From assembly GCA_951406725.2 (NCBI GenBank), contig OX597825.1:20832001-20896000 (forward strand): a DNA stretch of 64,000 nt, in the 5' to 3' direction. The notes beneath the pieces are model-generated. The model saw only the letters and a program-made list of their open reading frames with translations. It searched no databases and had not been told where the DNA came from. This DNA comes from Octopus vulgaris (taxonomy: Eukaryota). The translations under genes and the position numbers were made by a program. Below are positions 1 through 12,027 of the stretch, one piece after another. Numbering within the stretch: position 1 is the first letter of the stretch; every line of letters starts with the position of its first letter.

Positions 1-142
1 GAGTAAACATAGACACATATACACAGAAATATATATCGTTGCTATTATGTAAAAGTATCGTAAGTCCAAAATGTTGTTTTTTCAGAAAATGAAAAAATAG
101 TTTCACCATTTCATAGCAAAATTTTCACTTATTTCTTATTAT

Positions 143-490
143 ACGATGAGCATTTTTCAGTTTCTGTTTACCAAATCTACTCACTAGGTTTTGGTAGGCC
201 CGAGGCTATAATACAAGACACTTGTCCAAGGTACTACACAGTGGGACTGAACCCAGAACCATGTGATTGGGAAGTAAACTTCTGACCACACAGCCACACC
301 TGCGCATGTGTATAGTTATAAATATGTAATGCCTTTTTCTGTATGTTCCACAGATTCCCCTCTACCAAATTCACTTGCAAGGAATTGTTTGGCCCAGCAC
401 TATAGCAGAAGACACTTGCCCCAGTTGCCATGCAGTGGGACTGAACCCAGAACCATGTGTTTGGGAAGCAAGCTTCAATATAGCTGTGCA
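143..490 (-). mobile_element. Two 5'-half fragments of SINE family A (tRNA head + CORE-like segment)
   Basis: Reverse complement gives TGGCTGTGTGGT..A-box, GGTTCAGTCCC B-box and CCTTGG(A/G)CAAGTGTCTT, matching the full copies elsewhere in the window. Confidence 0.85.
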
Positions 491-961
491 TTTTCTGGAG
501 CAGGATTTTATGCGGTTTCCGTATTGACATTTGAATAATGTGGCTGTTTCAGGAAAGTGTTACACTGCACGTTATTTTCCTGATTCATCTCTTCTGGAAA
601 ATCCATTATCCTGAGATCAGGCCCATCCTCTTCTGTATCTATGAAATAATATATAGCCAAACACTCCCACACTCTCAAATATGTTTCCACATATGCACGT
701 GTACACATATACATGCATATACAAGCTCCATCATATGCGTATATTATAGATATACAAGCACTCTGAAATACACGCATTCACTTCAAAAGATTAAGAGGCT
801 GGTGTCCCATAAGTAAAGCAATGTATATGTACTACCGCACGGACAACATTGTAAACATGTCAAAAGCTATGACATCGAGGAATATACATATAGAAACAAG
901 AAAAAACCTGAGTATTTGTTACATATGGTTCACAGTATTATATACCACAGTATTATATACC

Positions 962-1077
962 ACCGGGGTCTGGGAAGCCAGGGACTGGAGCCTGGAGCAG
1001 CGCCTGGCTTCCCAGACCCCGGTCGAACCGTCCAACCCGTGCTAGCGCGGAAAACGGACGTTAAACGATGATGATGA
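962..1077 (+). mobile_element. 3' fragment of SINE-like family C with (GAT)n tail
   Basis: GTCGAACCGTCCAACCCGTGCTAGCGCGGAAAACGGACGTTAAACGATGATGATG, a terminus shared by about 20 copies in the window. Confidence 0.85.
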
Positions 1078-1093
1078 GAATTATATGATGGAT

Positions 1094-1355
1094 GGTGGCG
1101 CATGGCTTAGTGGTTAGGGTGTCAGCATCATGATTGTAAGATTGTGGTTTCGATTCCTGGACCGGGCGACGCGTTGTGTTCTTGAGCAAAACACTTCATT
1201 CCCCATTGCTCCAGTCCACTCAGCTGGCAAAAATGAGTAACGCTGCGATGGACTGCCGTCCCATCCAGCTGGGGAACACATACACCATAAGAACCTGGAA
1301 ACCGGGCCCATGAGCCTGGCTAGGCTTTAAAAAGGTGTATTTATTTTATTATTTA
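1094..1355 (+). mobile_element. tRNA-derived SINE (family D-type head, TTTA tail)
   Basis: TGGCTTAGTGGTTAGG A-box, GGTTTCGATTCC B-box, GTGTTCTTGAGCAAAACACTT...CAGTCCACTCAGCTG body, (TTTA)n tail. Confidence 0.85.
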
Positions 1356-1364
1356 TTATATGAT

Positions 1365-1720
1365 TGAGAAATAGGTACATTGAGGGAAACTCAGACAAAC
1401 TAGAAGCTTTTGAAATGAGGACATATAAGAAAAATATTAAGAATATCTTGGGATAAAATATAATCTAATGAAGATGTGCTCCAACTAGAAAATACAAAAA
1501 GGTCATTTTTCTCAACTGTCAGGAAAGAGAGGGTAGCTAAAGTTGATTGGTGATTCAGTAAGAACACAAGGTGTACAAAGAAGGAAAGACAAGTGGCAAA
1601 TGCTCAAGAGGAAGACCTTGAACAAACTGGTTTGATAACATCAAGGGCTGTACTAAATTATTACATGGTGAATAATGGTAAGAATGGTAGAGAAAAAACC
1701 TGAAAGGGGGGCCTTGATAT
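1365..1720 (+). pseudogene. Decayed 3' ORF fragment of an RTE-clade non-LTR retrotransposon
   Basis: Frameshifted translation reads KLEAFEM.TY..ILRISWDKI.SNEDVL...EGKTSGKCSRGRP*TNWFDNIKG, typical of the RTE C-terminal region. Confidence 0.8.
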
Positions 1721-2024
1721 ACAAATTGGTGAGAGCAGAAAATATTTAATGATCAACATCATCATCATCATGAGCATGATCATGATGATATAATGGATAA
1801 TGGGTGAGAATATGTATAAAAAAATCCCAGCTTATGATAGATACAAATGATTAATACAGAGACTGATCAAGATAGCTAAAGTCCAACCATAAATGGAGAT
1901 GAGATCCAGGCAAACAAGAGTTGGCTATGGGCAATGGACCGGTCAAGCTAATGAAAGTACAATAAAACAGAAATAGTTGTTAATGACATCAAAACATGGA
2001 TAAATTAGTTATACTTGTTTTATA

Positions 2025-2580
2025 GGTGCAGGAGTGGCTGTGTGGTAAGTAGCTTGCTTACCAACCACATGGTTCTGGGTTCAGTCCCACTTCGTGGCAC
2101 CTTGGGCAAGTGTCTTCTGCTATAGCTTCGAGCCGACCAAAGCCTTGTGAGTGGATTTGGTAGACGGAAACTGAAAAAAGCCCATCGTATCATCATCATC
2201 ATCATCATCATCATCGTCGTTTAACGTCCGCTTTCCATGCTGGCATGGGTTGGACGGTTTGACTGAGGACTGGTGAGCCAGAGGCTGCACCAGGCTCAAT
2301 GTAATCGGTCAAATTTTCTACAGTTGGATGCTCTTCCTAACGCCAACCACTCCAAGCGTGTAGTGGGTGCTTTTACATGCCACCAGCACAAGGGCCAGTC
2401 AGGCAGTTCTGGCAACAACCACGCACAAAATATGTATATACGATAGAATAAGAGACCGATAGAATAAGTACTAGGCTTACAAAGAATAAGTCCTGGGGTC
2501 GATTTGCTCGACTAAAAGCGGTGCTCCAGCATGGTCACAGTCAAATGACTGAAACAAATAAAAGAATAATAGAAAGAAAG
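2025..2580 (+). mobile_element. SINE family A with a family C element (about 2190-2430, minus) nested in its central spacer
   Basis: Head 2025-2190, then (CAT)n plus family C body, then the family A 3' part GAGACCGATAGAATAAGTACTAGG...GAAACAAATAAAAG. Confidence 0.85.
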
Positions 2581-2995
2581 ACTATACAGGAAATGAGTAT
2601 TCATCTAATTAAACAGAAAAACAGGAAAATCAAGTAAGCAAGGGTTCATAGTAATTCTTCTCAGAGAGGTTTGATAATCTGTGAGTTTATACTCTAATAA
2701 CATAGATAAAAGAGAGGAGGATCCAGGTAGATCTTCATAGATAGGTAGATATCCAAGGTGTTAGAGCATGAACGAAGATGAGAAGCTGGCAGGTTTGTTA
2801 GCCCATCAAGCAAAAATGCTCAGCAATATTTCAATTTTTCTTTACATTCTGACTTTAAATTATGCTTCTCCCTCACATGGCTCCAGGTTTAGTCCCACGG
2901 CATAACACCTTGAGCAAATGCCTTCCAACGTAGCCTCAGAATGACCAAAACCTTGTGAATGGATTTGCTATATGGTAACTGAAAGAAGCCTGTCA

Positions 2996-3050
<55 letters not shown>

Positions 3051-3052
<2 letters not shown>

Positions 3053-3255
3053 CGGGAAGCTTTATGAAAATAGACAAAAGACGAAGGCAGGTGGAAAACA
3101 AACGAACAATTGTATTAGTATGGCGCTCAGGAAATATAAATAAAACAAGTCTTTAACGTTTCGAGCCTACGCTCTTCAACAGAAAGATACACAGAGAGAA
3201 AAAAACACAGAAAGAAGGAGAGAAAAAAAATGCGTGCAGTAGCTAACGAATCAAC
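3051..3255 (-). mobile_element. Short (TA)n-embedded element carrying a hammerhead-like motif (Penelope-like/retrozyme-type)
   Basis: Homologous to 15030-15235 and 54700-54870; contains the motif at 3150-3187. Confidence 0.65.
3150..3187 (-). ncRNA. Minimal type I hammerhead-like motif (A6U core variant)
   Basis: UCUUU CUGUUGA A GAGC-GUAG-GCUC GAAAC GUU AAAGA: 5-bp stem I, 4-bp stem II, palindromic ACGU stem III. Confidence 0.6.
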
Positions 3256-3268
3256 ATATATATATATA

Positions 3269-3662
3269 CTAGCAGTATTGCCCGGCGTTGCTCGGGTTTG
3301 TAAGGGAAATAACTATATAAGCATTTTTAGAGATGTAAAGTATAATAGCCATCTCAATATGGCTAACCACAACGAGGGGGGTGTTACTGTAGCTTTTTAC
3401 GTTCTGAGATTTAATAATAAATTTTTAGAGAGTTACTTCCCTTATATATGCCAAAAATGCATTAAAAATGGGAAAAATTGATGGTAAATTTTTTTTTAAA
3501 TCGTAGACTCATCATAGTCACGCGCTAATACCCAGAAGGGCTCGATATGAATCACGACTATAAGATACCCAGTTTTGGTTAAACTGCACTGCAAAATGTG
3601 GGAGTAGTTAGGAATCTAAATCGTAGGAGACAGACACACAACTTCACTTTTATATATAAAGA
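3269..3662 (-). mobile_element. Non-autonomous Helitron
   Basis: On the minus strand it starts TC(TTTATATATAAAAG) after an A and ends with a CCCGAGCAACGCCGGG hairpin plus CTAG before a T; no TSD; two more copies in the window. Confidence 0.9.
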
Positions 3663-3892
3663 TGTGTGTGTGTGTATGTGTGTGTGTTCATGTCTAGTGT
3701 ATTTACATCCCCGTGACGTAGCGGTTCAGCAAAAGAGCAGATAAAATAGTTACCAGGTTTAACAAAAAAAATAAGCACTGGGGGGAGGGGTCGATTCATT
3801 CGACTAAAATTCATTAAGGAGGTGCCCCAGCATGGCCACAGATAAATGATTGAAACAAATAAAAGGTAAAAAATAAAAGACATATACATATA

Positions 3893-3923
<31 letters not shown>

Positions 3924-3974
3924 ATATTTTTATATATGCGTGTATATATATGTATGTATATGTATATATATATT

Positions 3975-4009
<35 letters not shown>

Positions 4010-4044
4010 ATATATATATATATGTGTGTATATATACACACACT

Positions 4045-4084
<40 letters not shown>

Positions 4085-4616
4085 CATACAGATATGTATA
4101 TGTGTATATAAATATATATACAAATATATATATATATTTTGGCAGATCAAGATTGGAGCCTGGTGCAGCCATCTGGCTTGCCAGCCTTCAGTCAAAATCG
4201 TCCAACCCATGTTAGCATGGAAAGCGGACGTTAAACGATGATGATGATGATGATGATGATGATAAATATATATACACACATACAAATATGTCTATGTGTG
4301 TGTATATGTATATATATATATATACACACATACAAATATGTATATGTGTGTGTGTGTATATATATATATACAGAGGGAGAGAGATGTCCTCATTAGTGCA
4401 ATAAAAGTTTTGATCTTGTGAAATAAATGGAAAAGTGAATATAACAGATTTTATGTTTTCAGTGACTAAAATAGCCCCAATATGATATAATTGCTTCAGT
4501 TTTAACAAATGGCTTCAGATCAAATGCCTTGCCAAACAAGTACTCTAAAGTACTTGCCAAACAAATACTCTAAACTATGTGTGTTTGTGTGTGTGTAGTT
4601 AATATATTTTTAGATA

Positions 4617-4740
4617 CATATGTGCTTGTGATGCATGTGCCTGGAGTCCCCTTATCAGATAGGTAGTCATGATGGGTATACTGGGCTTCATATATTTGTA
4701 CCTCAGCATCAGTTTGATGGCATGCACTGCTCTCTCACTC

Positions 4741-4774
<34 letters not shown>

Positions 4775-5672
4775 TGTCCTGATGCAGTATCAGGCACTGG
4801 CTATGCCCTGATGCATTACCAGGTAGTGGCTCTCATGGCTTCTGATCTTAACTGATTGGAAGTGTTATCATGTACATTGTTTTGTCTTGATATAAAAGAT
4901 GGGTTACAGCAAATATTCTGCTCAATACCACAGATTTGCTTGTCAGTTGTTTGACCTCAACCAGTTGAGCATGTCCCTTAGTATATGACGATATGTGCAT
5001 CTCTGATCACGAGCAGAAGTAGTGGGGGAGCATCATAGCCATGTGTTGAGAGGGATTCTTTGGGGTTTGAATAATTCACCTATGAAAACATGGGTGTTTC
5101 ATTCAACATCCTTAAACAACCCTTATTCAGAGACCTTTTGAGTGGGATGGGTTACTCAAACTGAAGAAAATTCTAACTGGGCCCCACCTGCAGGGTCATG
5201 TGCTGTTTATCTTGACATGAGATCACCATGTCATGCACATATGGTTGTGATGCATGTGCCTGGTGTACCCTTATCAGACGGGTAGTCATGATGGGTATAC
5301 TGGGCTTCGTATATCTTACCCCATGTCACTTTGATGGCATGCGCTGCTCTCTCACTCAATAATAATAATAATCCTTACTACTACAGGCACAAGACCTGAA
5401 ATTTTGAGGGGATGGGGATAGTTGATTGTGTCAACCCCAGTATTTGACTGGTACTTAATTTATCGACCCCAAAAGGATGAAAGGTCATGTGCTGTTTATC
5501 TTGATATGAGATCACCATGTCACGCACACATGGTTGTGATGCATGTGCCTAGTGTACCCTCATCAGACGGGTAGTCATGATGGGTATACTGGGCTTTGTA
5601 TATTTTACCCGTGTCACTTTGGTGTCATGCACTGCTCTCTCACTCAATAATAATAATGATAATAATGATAAT
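4617..5672 (+). mobile_element. Three tandem, variably 5'-truncated copies of a retroposon with an (AAT)n tail
   Basis: The 3' end ...GCTGCTCTCTCACTCAATAATAAT occurs near 4740, 5357 and 5646; the longest copy is about 4776-5372; an internal fragment also lies at about 33985-34150 (minus). Confidence 0.8.
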
Positions 5673-5989
5673 AAATAGCTAAATAAATAAAGCTACTTGT
5701 ACAAGCAAATGGTATTTTAGTCCAATGACATTCAGGTATCTCTTCCCATGTAAGTTATCTTGTCTCTTTATTAATTCCTACAGGGATAGAAGAGTGGCAA
5801 TGTGTGTAGACTTTATCAGTTGGAAGCACTCAATCATAAATCTAACACAAAAGATGGCAGGAAATTTATCCAAATATTATTGTCATGTGTTCATGTAGAG
5901 AAATTTGCTTTGATAGCATTGTCCTTGACTAAGCATCTCTGTTTAGGAGAATATTGCTCAACTAGTCACTCTGCAGATATGTTAAGATC

Positions 5990-6300
5990 TTTGTGGATCT
6001 TAAGCTATATCTTTTGAGGCCTTTGTTAGATTTGCAAACCTTCTGGCATATATTGCCTTGCACAGACATATAAGCAGAATAATTGGTGGAGGTTCGTTTT
6101 CCATGGGTTTGCAAATGAGATTTGAGCCCAGCAAAAGAAAGGCATGGTTTGTTACAAACTGTGCTCACAAAAAGGTCGTTGTGATTCACCTTCTCACTTG
6201 TAACATCCTTCCTTAAATCTCTTGAGTTTTGCATGCATTATCCTGACCTCTTCAAATGCTTTCACTCTACTCCACACTTTTGTTTACCATCCAGCTTGAT
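5990..6300 (-). pseudogene. Decayed 3' end of an RTE/BovB-like LINE ORF with C2H2 zinc-finger-like motifs
   Basis: Frameshifted translation SSW...VKAFEEVRIMHAKLKR, then CNKPCLSFAGLKSHLQTH and ICQKVCKSNKGLKR. Confidence 0.65.
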
Positions 6301-6324
6301 GTGTGTGTCTGTGTAGTATAGAGT

Positions 6325-6360
6325 GTGTCACATATATATGTACGCATGTATGTATGTACG

Positions 6361-6394
<34 letters not shown>

Positions 6395-6524
6395 TGTATG
6401 TATGTATGTATGCATGTATGTATGCATGTATGCATGTATGTATGCATGTATGTATGTATGAATGTATGTATGCATCTCTGCATGTATATGTAATACATAG
6501 AATATATATATACAAATATATATA

Positions 6525-6560
<36 letters not shown>

Positions 6561-6700
6561 TGTATGTATGTATGTATGCATGTATGTATGTACGCATGAA
6601 TGCATGCATATATGCATGTATATGTAATATATAGAAGAATATATATGTATATGCACATATTTGCATGGTTATGTATATACATGTATACATATATGTACAT
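6325..6700. repeat. (TATG)n/(TA)n compound microsatellite
   Basis: Direct inspection. Confidence 0.95.
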
Positions 6701-6703
6701 GCG

Positions 6704-7026
6704 TTCTTTTCTTTATTCTTTTATTTGTTTCAGTCAATTGACTGCGGCCATGCTGGAGCACCGCCTTTATTCGACCCCAGAACTTATTCTTTGGAAGCCT
6801 AATACTTATACTATTGGTCTCTTTGCCAAACCGCTAAGTTACGGGGATGTAAACACACCAGCATCGATTGTCAAGCTATATTGGGGTGACAAACACAGAC
6901 ATACAAACACATGCACACGCATACATACATACATATACATACACACCCACCCACACACACATATATACATATACACACACATATATATATACATATACAC
7001 ACACACATACATATATATATATACAT

Positions 7027-7062
<36 letters not shown>

Positions 7063-7220
7063 GACGGGCTTCTTTAATTTTCAATCTACCAAATCCACTC
7101 ACAAGGCTTTGGTCGGCCTGAGGCCATAGTAGAAGACACTTGCCCAAGGTGCCACACAGTGGGACTGAACCCGGAACCATGTGGTTGGTAAGCAAGCTAC
7201 TTACCACACAGTCACGCCTA
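6704..7220 (-). mobile_element. Full-length SINE family A
   Basis: Head, CORE-like CCTTGGGCAAGTG, internal TA/CA microsatellite, 3' tail GAAACAAATAAAAG. Confidence 0.9.
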
Positions 7221-7440
7221 TATATATTATATACATATATATACATATAAATATATATATATACATTTCTTGTTGAACCCGGAAGCATGTGACTGGGAAG
7301 CAAGCTACTTACCACACAGTCACGCCTATATATATTATATACATATATATACATATAAATATATATATATACATTTCTTGTTGAACCCGGAAGCATGTGG
7401 CTGGTAAGCAAGCTACTTACCACACAGCTATGCCTGCACC
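7167..7440. repeat. About 108-bp tandem repeat built from the SINE A head plus (TA)n flank
   Basis: TGAACCCGGAA.CATGTG..TGG.AAGCAAGCTACTTACCACACAG occurs at about 7167, 7273 and 7383. Confidence 0.9.
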
Positions 7441-7443
7441 TCT

Positions 7444-7860
7444 CTTTACTCTCTTTTACTCTTTTACTTGTTTCAGTCATTTGACTGCAGCCATGCTGGA
7501 GCACCGCCTTTAATCGAGCAACTCGACCCCGGGACTTATTCTTTTGTAAGCCCAGTACTTATTCTATCGGTCTCTTTTGCCGAACTGCTAAGTGACGGGG
7601 ACATAAACACACCAACATCGGTTGTCAAGCAATGCTAGGGGACAAACACAGACACACAAACACACACACGAATATATATATATATATACATATATACGAC
7701 GGGCTTCTTTCAGTTTCCGTCTACCAAATCCACTTACAAGGCTTTGGTCGGCCCGAGGCCATAGTAGAAGACACTTACCCAAGATACCACGCAGTGGGAC
7801 TGAACCCAGAACCATGTGGTTGGTAAGCAAGCTACTTACCACACAGCCACTCCTGCGCCT
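7444..7860 (-). mobile_element. Full-length, low-divergence SINE family A
   Basis: Complete head to (GAGTAAAA)n tail, CpGs largely intact. Confidence 0.92.
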
Positions 7861-8056
7861 ATATATTTTCCTTTTATCATGTTTCAGCCGTTAGGCTGTG
7901 GCCATGCTGGGGCATAATTGTAAATGTGTGTGTGTTGATGTATCAGTCCATATATTTGTACAGTAAATAAGTGTGTGTGTGTGTGTGTACCTCTGTGTGT
8001 GTGTGCCTCTGTGTGTGTGTATGTGTCTGTGCCTCTGTATGTGTGTATGTGTGTGA

Positions 8057-8104
<48 letters not shown>

Positions 8105-8235
8105 ATATATGTTATATATTTGTATGTGTGAGTTAACTAAGGAAGAGAGGTTTTTTGTAAATTCTACTTGTAAAAATGTCTGTGTTGTTATCCAGAAATG
8201 TGTATGTTTATGTGTAGGTATGTGTATTGTTTGCC

Positions 8236-8276
<41 letters not shown>

Positions 8277-8389
8277 CTGGTTGCTGTTTCAATTCCTGTT
8301 TCCAAAATAGAGACACCATTCAATGACATCATTTGATCCATTAAAGCTACTAGCTTACACTTAATGTTCCTCCATCACTGAAGAGTGAT

Positions 8390-8614
8390 GGGTAATAGGG
8401 AGGGGAAGGGAGAGGGAGAGAGTGAAGGAGAGAGAGAGAAAAAAAGGAGGAACAAGGAATGACATGAAGGAAAAAGAAAGAAAGAAAGAAAGATTATGGA
8501 AAAAAACAAGAGGAAAGAAGGAAAATGAAAGATATAAAGATGAACAGAAAAGAAGATAGCAACAAAGATACAGAGTGATAAAGAAAAAAGAAAGAAAGGA
8601 AGAAGAGGAGAGAG

Positions 8615-8649
<35 letters not shown>

Positions 8650-8668
8650 GAAAGAAAGAAAGAGAAAG

Positions 8669-8711
<43 letters not shown>

Positions 8712-8920
8712 GAGGAATGAAGAAAAGGAGAGAGAGAAAAAAAAAGAAAGAAAGAAAGGAAGAAAGAGAGAGAGAAAGAAAAAAGAAAGAAAGAAAGAAA
8801 GAAAGAAGGAAGGAAAGAAAGAAAGAAAGAAAGAAGGACAAAATGCACTAAAAAAATTAAAGAAAGAGAGAGGGAGATAGAAAGGTAGAAAAAGAGAGAA
8901 AGAAACATACAAAAAGGAAG
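8390..8920. repeat. Polypurine (GAAA)n/(GA)n tract
   Basis: Direct inspection. Confidence 0.95.
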
Positions 8921-9014
8921 ATTGTCATTCGCCTTGTGTTGTCCTTTAATGTTTTGGTTTGTATTAGTCTCAGTGGCCAATAAAAGAATTAATTATTATT
9001 ATTATTATTATTAT

Positions 9015-9056
<42 letters not shown>

Positions 9057-9787
9057 AGAGAGAGGGAGTGAGAGAGAGTGGAGGAGTAAGAAAGAAAGGG
9101 AGAGTGAGAGAGAGACTGAGAGAGGGGGGGAGAGAGAGTAAGGCAGTTTATGAAAAAGATTTCAGATGTGAGTGAAAGAAGAACCAGTCGTTAACAATGG
9201 GTTGATTGTAGCAAAGATTTTTTTGACAGCAGGAGAGAGAGAGGATGCGATCCATTTATAGAATATTAACTGTTAGTCAGAAAGATTACAACACATGATG
9301 ATGATGATGATGATGATGATAGGACTTTTAACCATCATCATTAGCATCGTAGTAATGATGATGATGATGGTGGTGATGGTGGTGAGGAGGAAGAGGAAGA
9401 GGAAGAGGAAGAGGAGTGAGATGATCTCAGGGATAGTCAGGAAGATTGTCATTAATTATCGCCTTGTGTTGGTGATGATGATGATGATGATATATATATA
9501 TATCTACTATAATAATACTTTTGTGTTTTTCTCTGTCACAACACATGAATGAGGAAGGAAGGGGTGGTGGCAAACTTGGTAGTGGGATGATGGAAATTCT
9601 ACGGTGAATAAAAAAATAAAACAGCATTTCAGTTCTTTGTGAGTAAATGTGTGTGTATATAAAAGAGAGGTATGTGTGTGTGTATGTGCAATAGAAGTTG
9701 GGTGGTGATCATTCAACGCTGAAAAGAAAAATCAAACAGTGTTTCAACTCTGTGTGAGTATATTTGTGTGTATATAAAAGAGAGGTA

Positions 9788-10203
9788 TTACTCTTTTACT
9801 CTTTTATTTGTTTCAGTCATGTGACTGTGGCCATGCTGGAGCACCGCCTTTTAGTTGAGCAAATCGACCCCAGGACTTATTCTTTGTAAGCCTAGTACTT
9901 ATTCTATTAGTCATTTTTGCCGAACCGCTAAGTTACGGGGACGTAAACACACCAGCATCGGTTGTCAAGCGATGTTGGGGGGGACAAACACAGACACACA
10001 AACATATACACACACATACATATATATATACATATATACGACGGGCTTCTTTCAGTTTCCGTCTACCAAATCCACTCACAAGGCTTTGGTCGGCCCGAGG
10101 CTATAACAGAAGACACTTGCCCAAAGTGCCACGCAGTGGGACTGAACCCGGAACCATGTGGTTGGTAAGCAAGCTACTTACCACACAGCCACTCCTACGC
10201 CTA
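9788..10203 (-). mobile_element. Full-length SINE family A inserted in a local tandem duplication
   Basis: Complete element; AGGTA lies close to both ends. Confidence 0.92.
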
Positions 10204-10462
10204 CACTAGGTATGTATGTGTGTGTGCAATAGAAGTTGGATGGTGATCATTCAACGCTGAAAAGAAAAATCAAACGGCATTTCAACTCTGTGTGAGTATA
10301 TTTGTGCATGTGTGTGCATGTACAAAGGACATACATGAATGTTTATATGTGTGAACCAGTGTTCTTTTAGTAACAAATGATGATTGATGTCACATCTCAA
10401 AACACAACCACTAGACCACTAGATAACATTGAGATGTGTATTGATATGAATTACCATCCCTA

Positions 10463-10770
10463 AAGCACCATCCGAATCGTGGCCGAAGCCAGTGCCGCCT
10501 CGACTGGCTTCCGTGCAGGTGGCACGTAAAATGCACCAATCCAACCGTGGCCGATGCTAGCCTCGCCTGGCACCAGTGCAGGTGGCACGTAAAAAGCACC
10601 CACTACACTCATGGAGTGGTTGGCGTTAGGAAGGGCATCCAGCTGTAGAAACATTGCCAGATAAGACCGGAGCCGGGTGCAGCCTTCTGGCTTCCCAGAT
10701 CCCCGGTCGAACCGTCCAGCCCATGCTAGCATGGAGAACGGACATCAAACGATGATGATGATGATGATGA
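10463..10770 (+). mobile_element. SINE-like family C, long copy
   Basis: Repeated GGTGGCACGTAAAA.GCACC modules, GGTTGGCGTTAGGAAGGGCATCCAGCTGTAGAAAC, (GAT)n tail. Confidence 0.88.
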
Positions 10771-10861
10771 TTTTATCTTTTGTCCTTATTTATATATAAA
10801 ATACTACAATTAGCTGTCATTTTGATGGCACAGGGCCAACCAGTACATACATATAAAATAT

Positions 10862-11055
10862 TTTCTACTCTAGGCACAAGGCCTGATATTTTGGAGGAGG
10901 GGGACAGTATGCAACTTAATTTATGTACTTAATTTATTGACTCTGAAACGATGAAAGGTAAAGTCGACCTTGGCGAAATTTAAACTCAGAACATAAAGAC
11001 AGACAAAATAGCGCTAACCATTTTGCCTGGCGTGCTAACGTTTTTGCCAGCTCGT
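10862..11055 (-). mobile_element. SINE family B (tRNA head plus GCCTTTCATCCTTTCGGGGTCGAT domain, Meta-like)
   Basis: Homologous to 24905-25140, 38290-38515, 42735-42935, 45150-45335, 47805-47988 and 60313-60530. Confidence 0.8.
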
Positions 11056-11472
11056 CAGGCTTCCAGGTCAAATGGAAGATAGAAGCACTTGAACATTCAT
11101 AATAGACAAGCAGGGAATGAAGTCAAAGCTGAAATGAGATGTTGTTGCAATACAAAATCAGCTCTTCAAATGCCTTTCAGGACTCAAATGCTTTTCATGA
11201 CTCAAAAAGAACAACTATAAGTACAAAATCTGGTATATCAAAATCTGATATTCTTCCTAAGCCATGAGTTATAGAGAGTCTCTTGTTTTCTTTCATCATC
11301 AGGAATCCAGTGAATCAGAATCTTGTAAACCAAAGGGGCCATTCTTTACCAATTACAATGAGATATATAAATAAATTGCCAACTCCACTCCTTCCCTCTC
11401 TCTCCCTCCCTATCTCACTATTTCTCTCCCTCTCTCTCTCTTTGTTTTTATCTATCTGTATCTCTCTATGTC

Positions 11473-11520
<48 letters not shown>

Positions 11521-11982
11521 ATATATATATATATTCTTTTCTTTTTTTTATTCTTTTACTTGTTTCAGCCCATTTTTTACTGCGGCTGTGCTGGACCACT
11601 GCCTTCAGTAGAACAAATCAACCCCAGGACTTAGTCTTTGTAAGCCTAGTACTTATTCTATGGGTCTCTTTTGCCAAACTGCTAAGTTATGGGAGCATAA
11701 ACACACCAACATCAGTCGTTAAGCAATGGTGGGGGAACTAACAGAAACAAACACACACACACACATATGAGAATTATTATGCCTGAACAGAAACCAGTCC
11801 ACATGAGTCCAAATACTTAAATGAATGCTGGGAGATTCTCTTAGCTTGTTTGCCTTCGGACGGTCAATTTCTGTAGTTATTATCGGTATAATTTGGCAAT
11901 TTAAATAAGAGTTTGACTGTTATTTCCATATGTATATATATGTATGTATATATAGCTATCTAGCTAGCTAACCACCTTTCTC

Positions 11983-12027
<45 letters not shown>

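Larger units (their letters stand above)
2873..3880 (+). mobile_element. Old SINE family A copy split by two insertions in its (TA)n spacer
   Basis: Left half ends CTGAAAGAAGCCTGTC near 2995; right half resumes near 3695 (TTTACATCCCCGTGACGTAGCGGTTCAGCAAAAG). Confidence 0.75.

Noticed and set aside
7588-7894. Recurrent peptides such as SFRLPNPLTRLWSARGYSRRHLPKVPRSGTEP, suggesting a gene family
   Set aside because: They are reading frames through SINE A copies, with scattered stops and frameshifts
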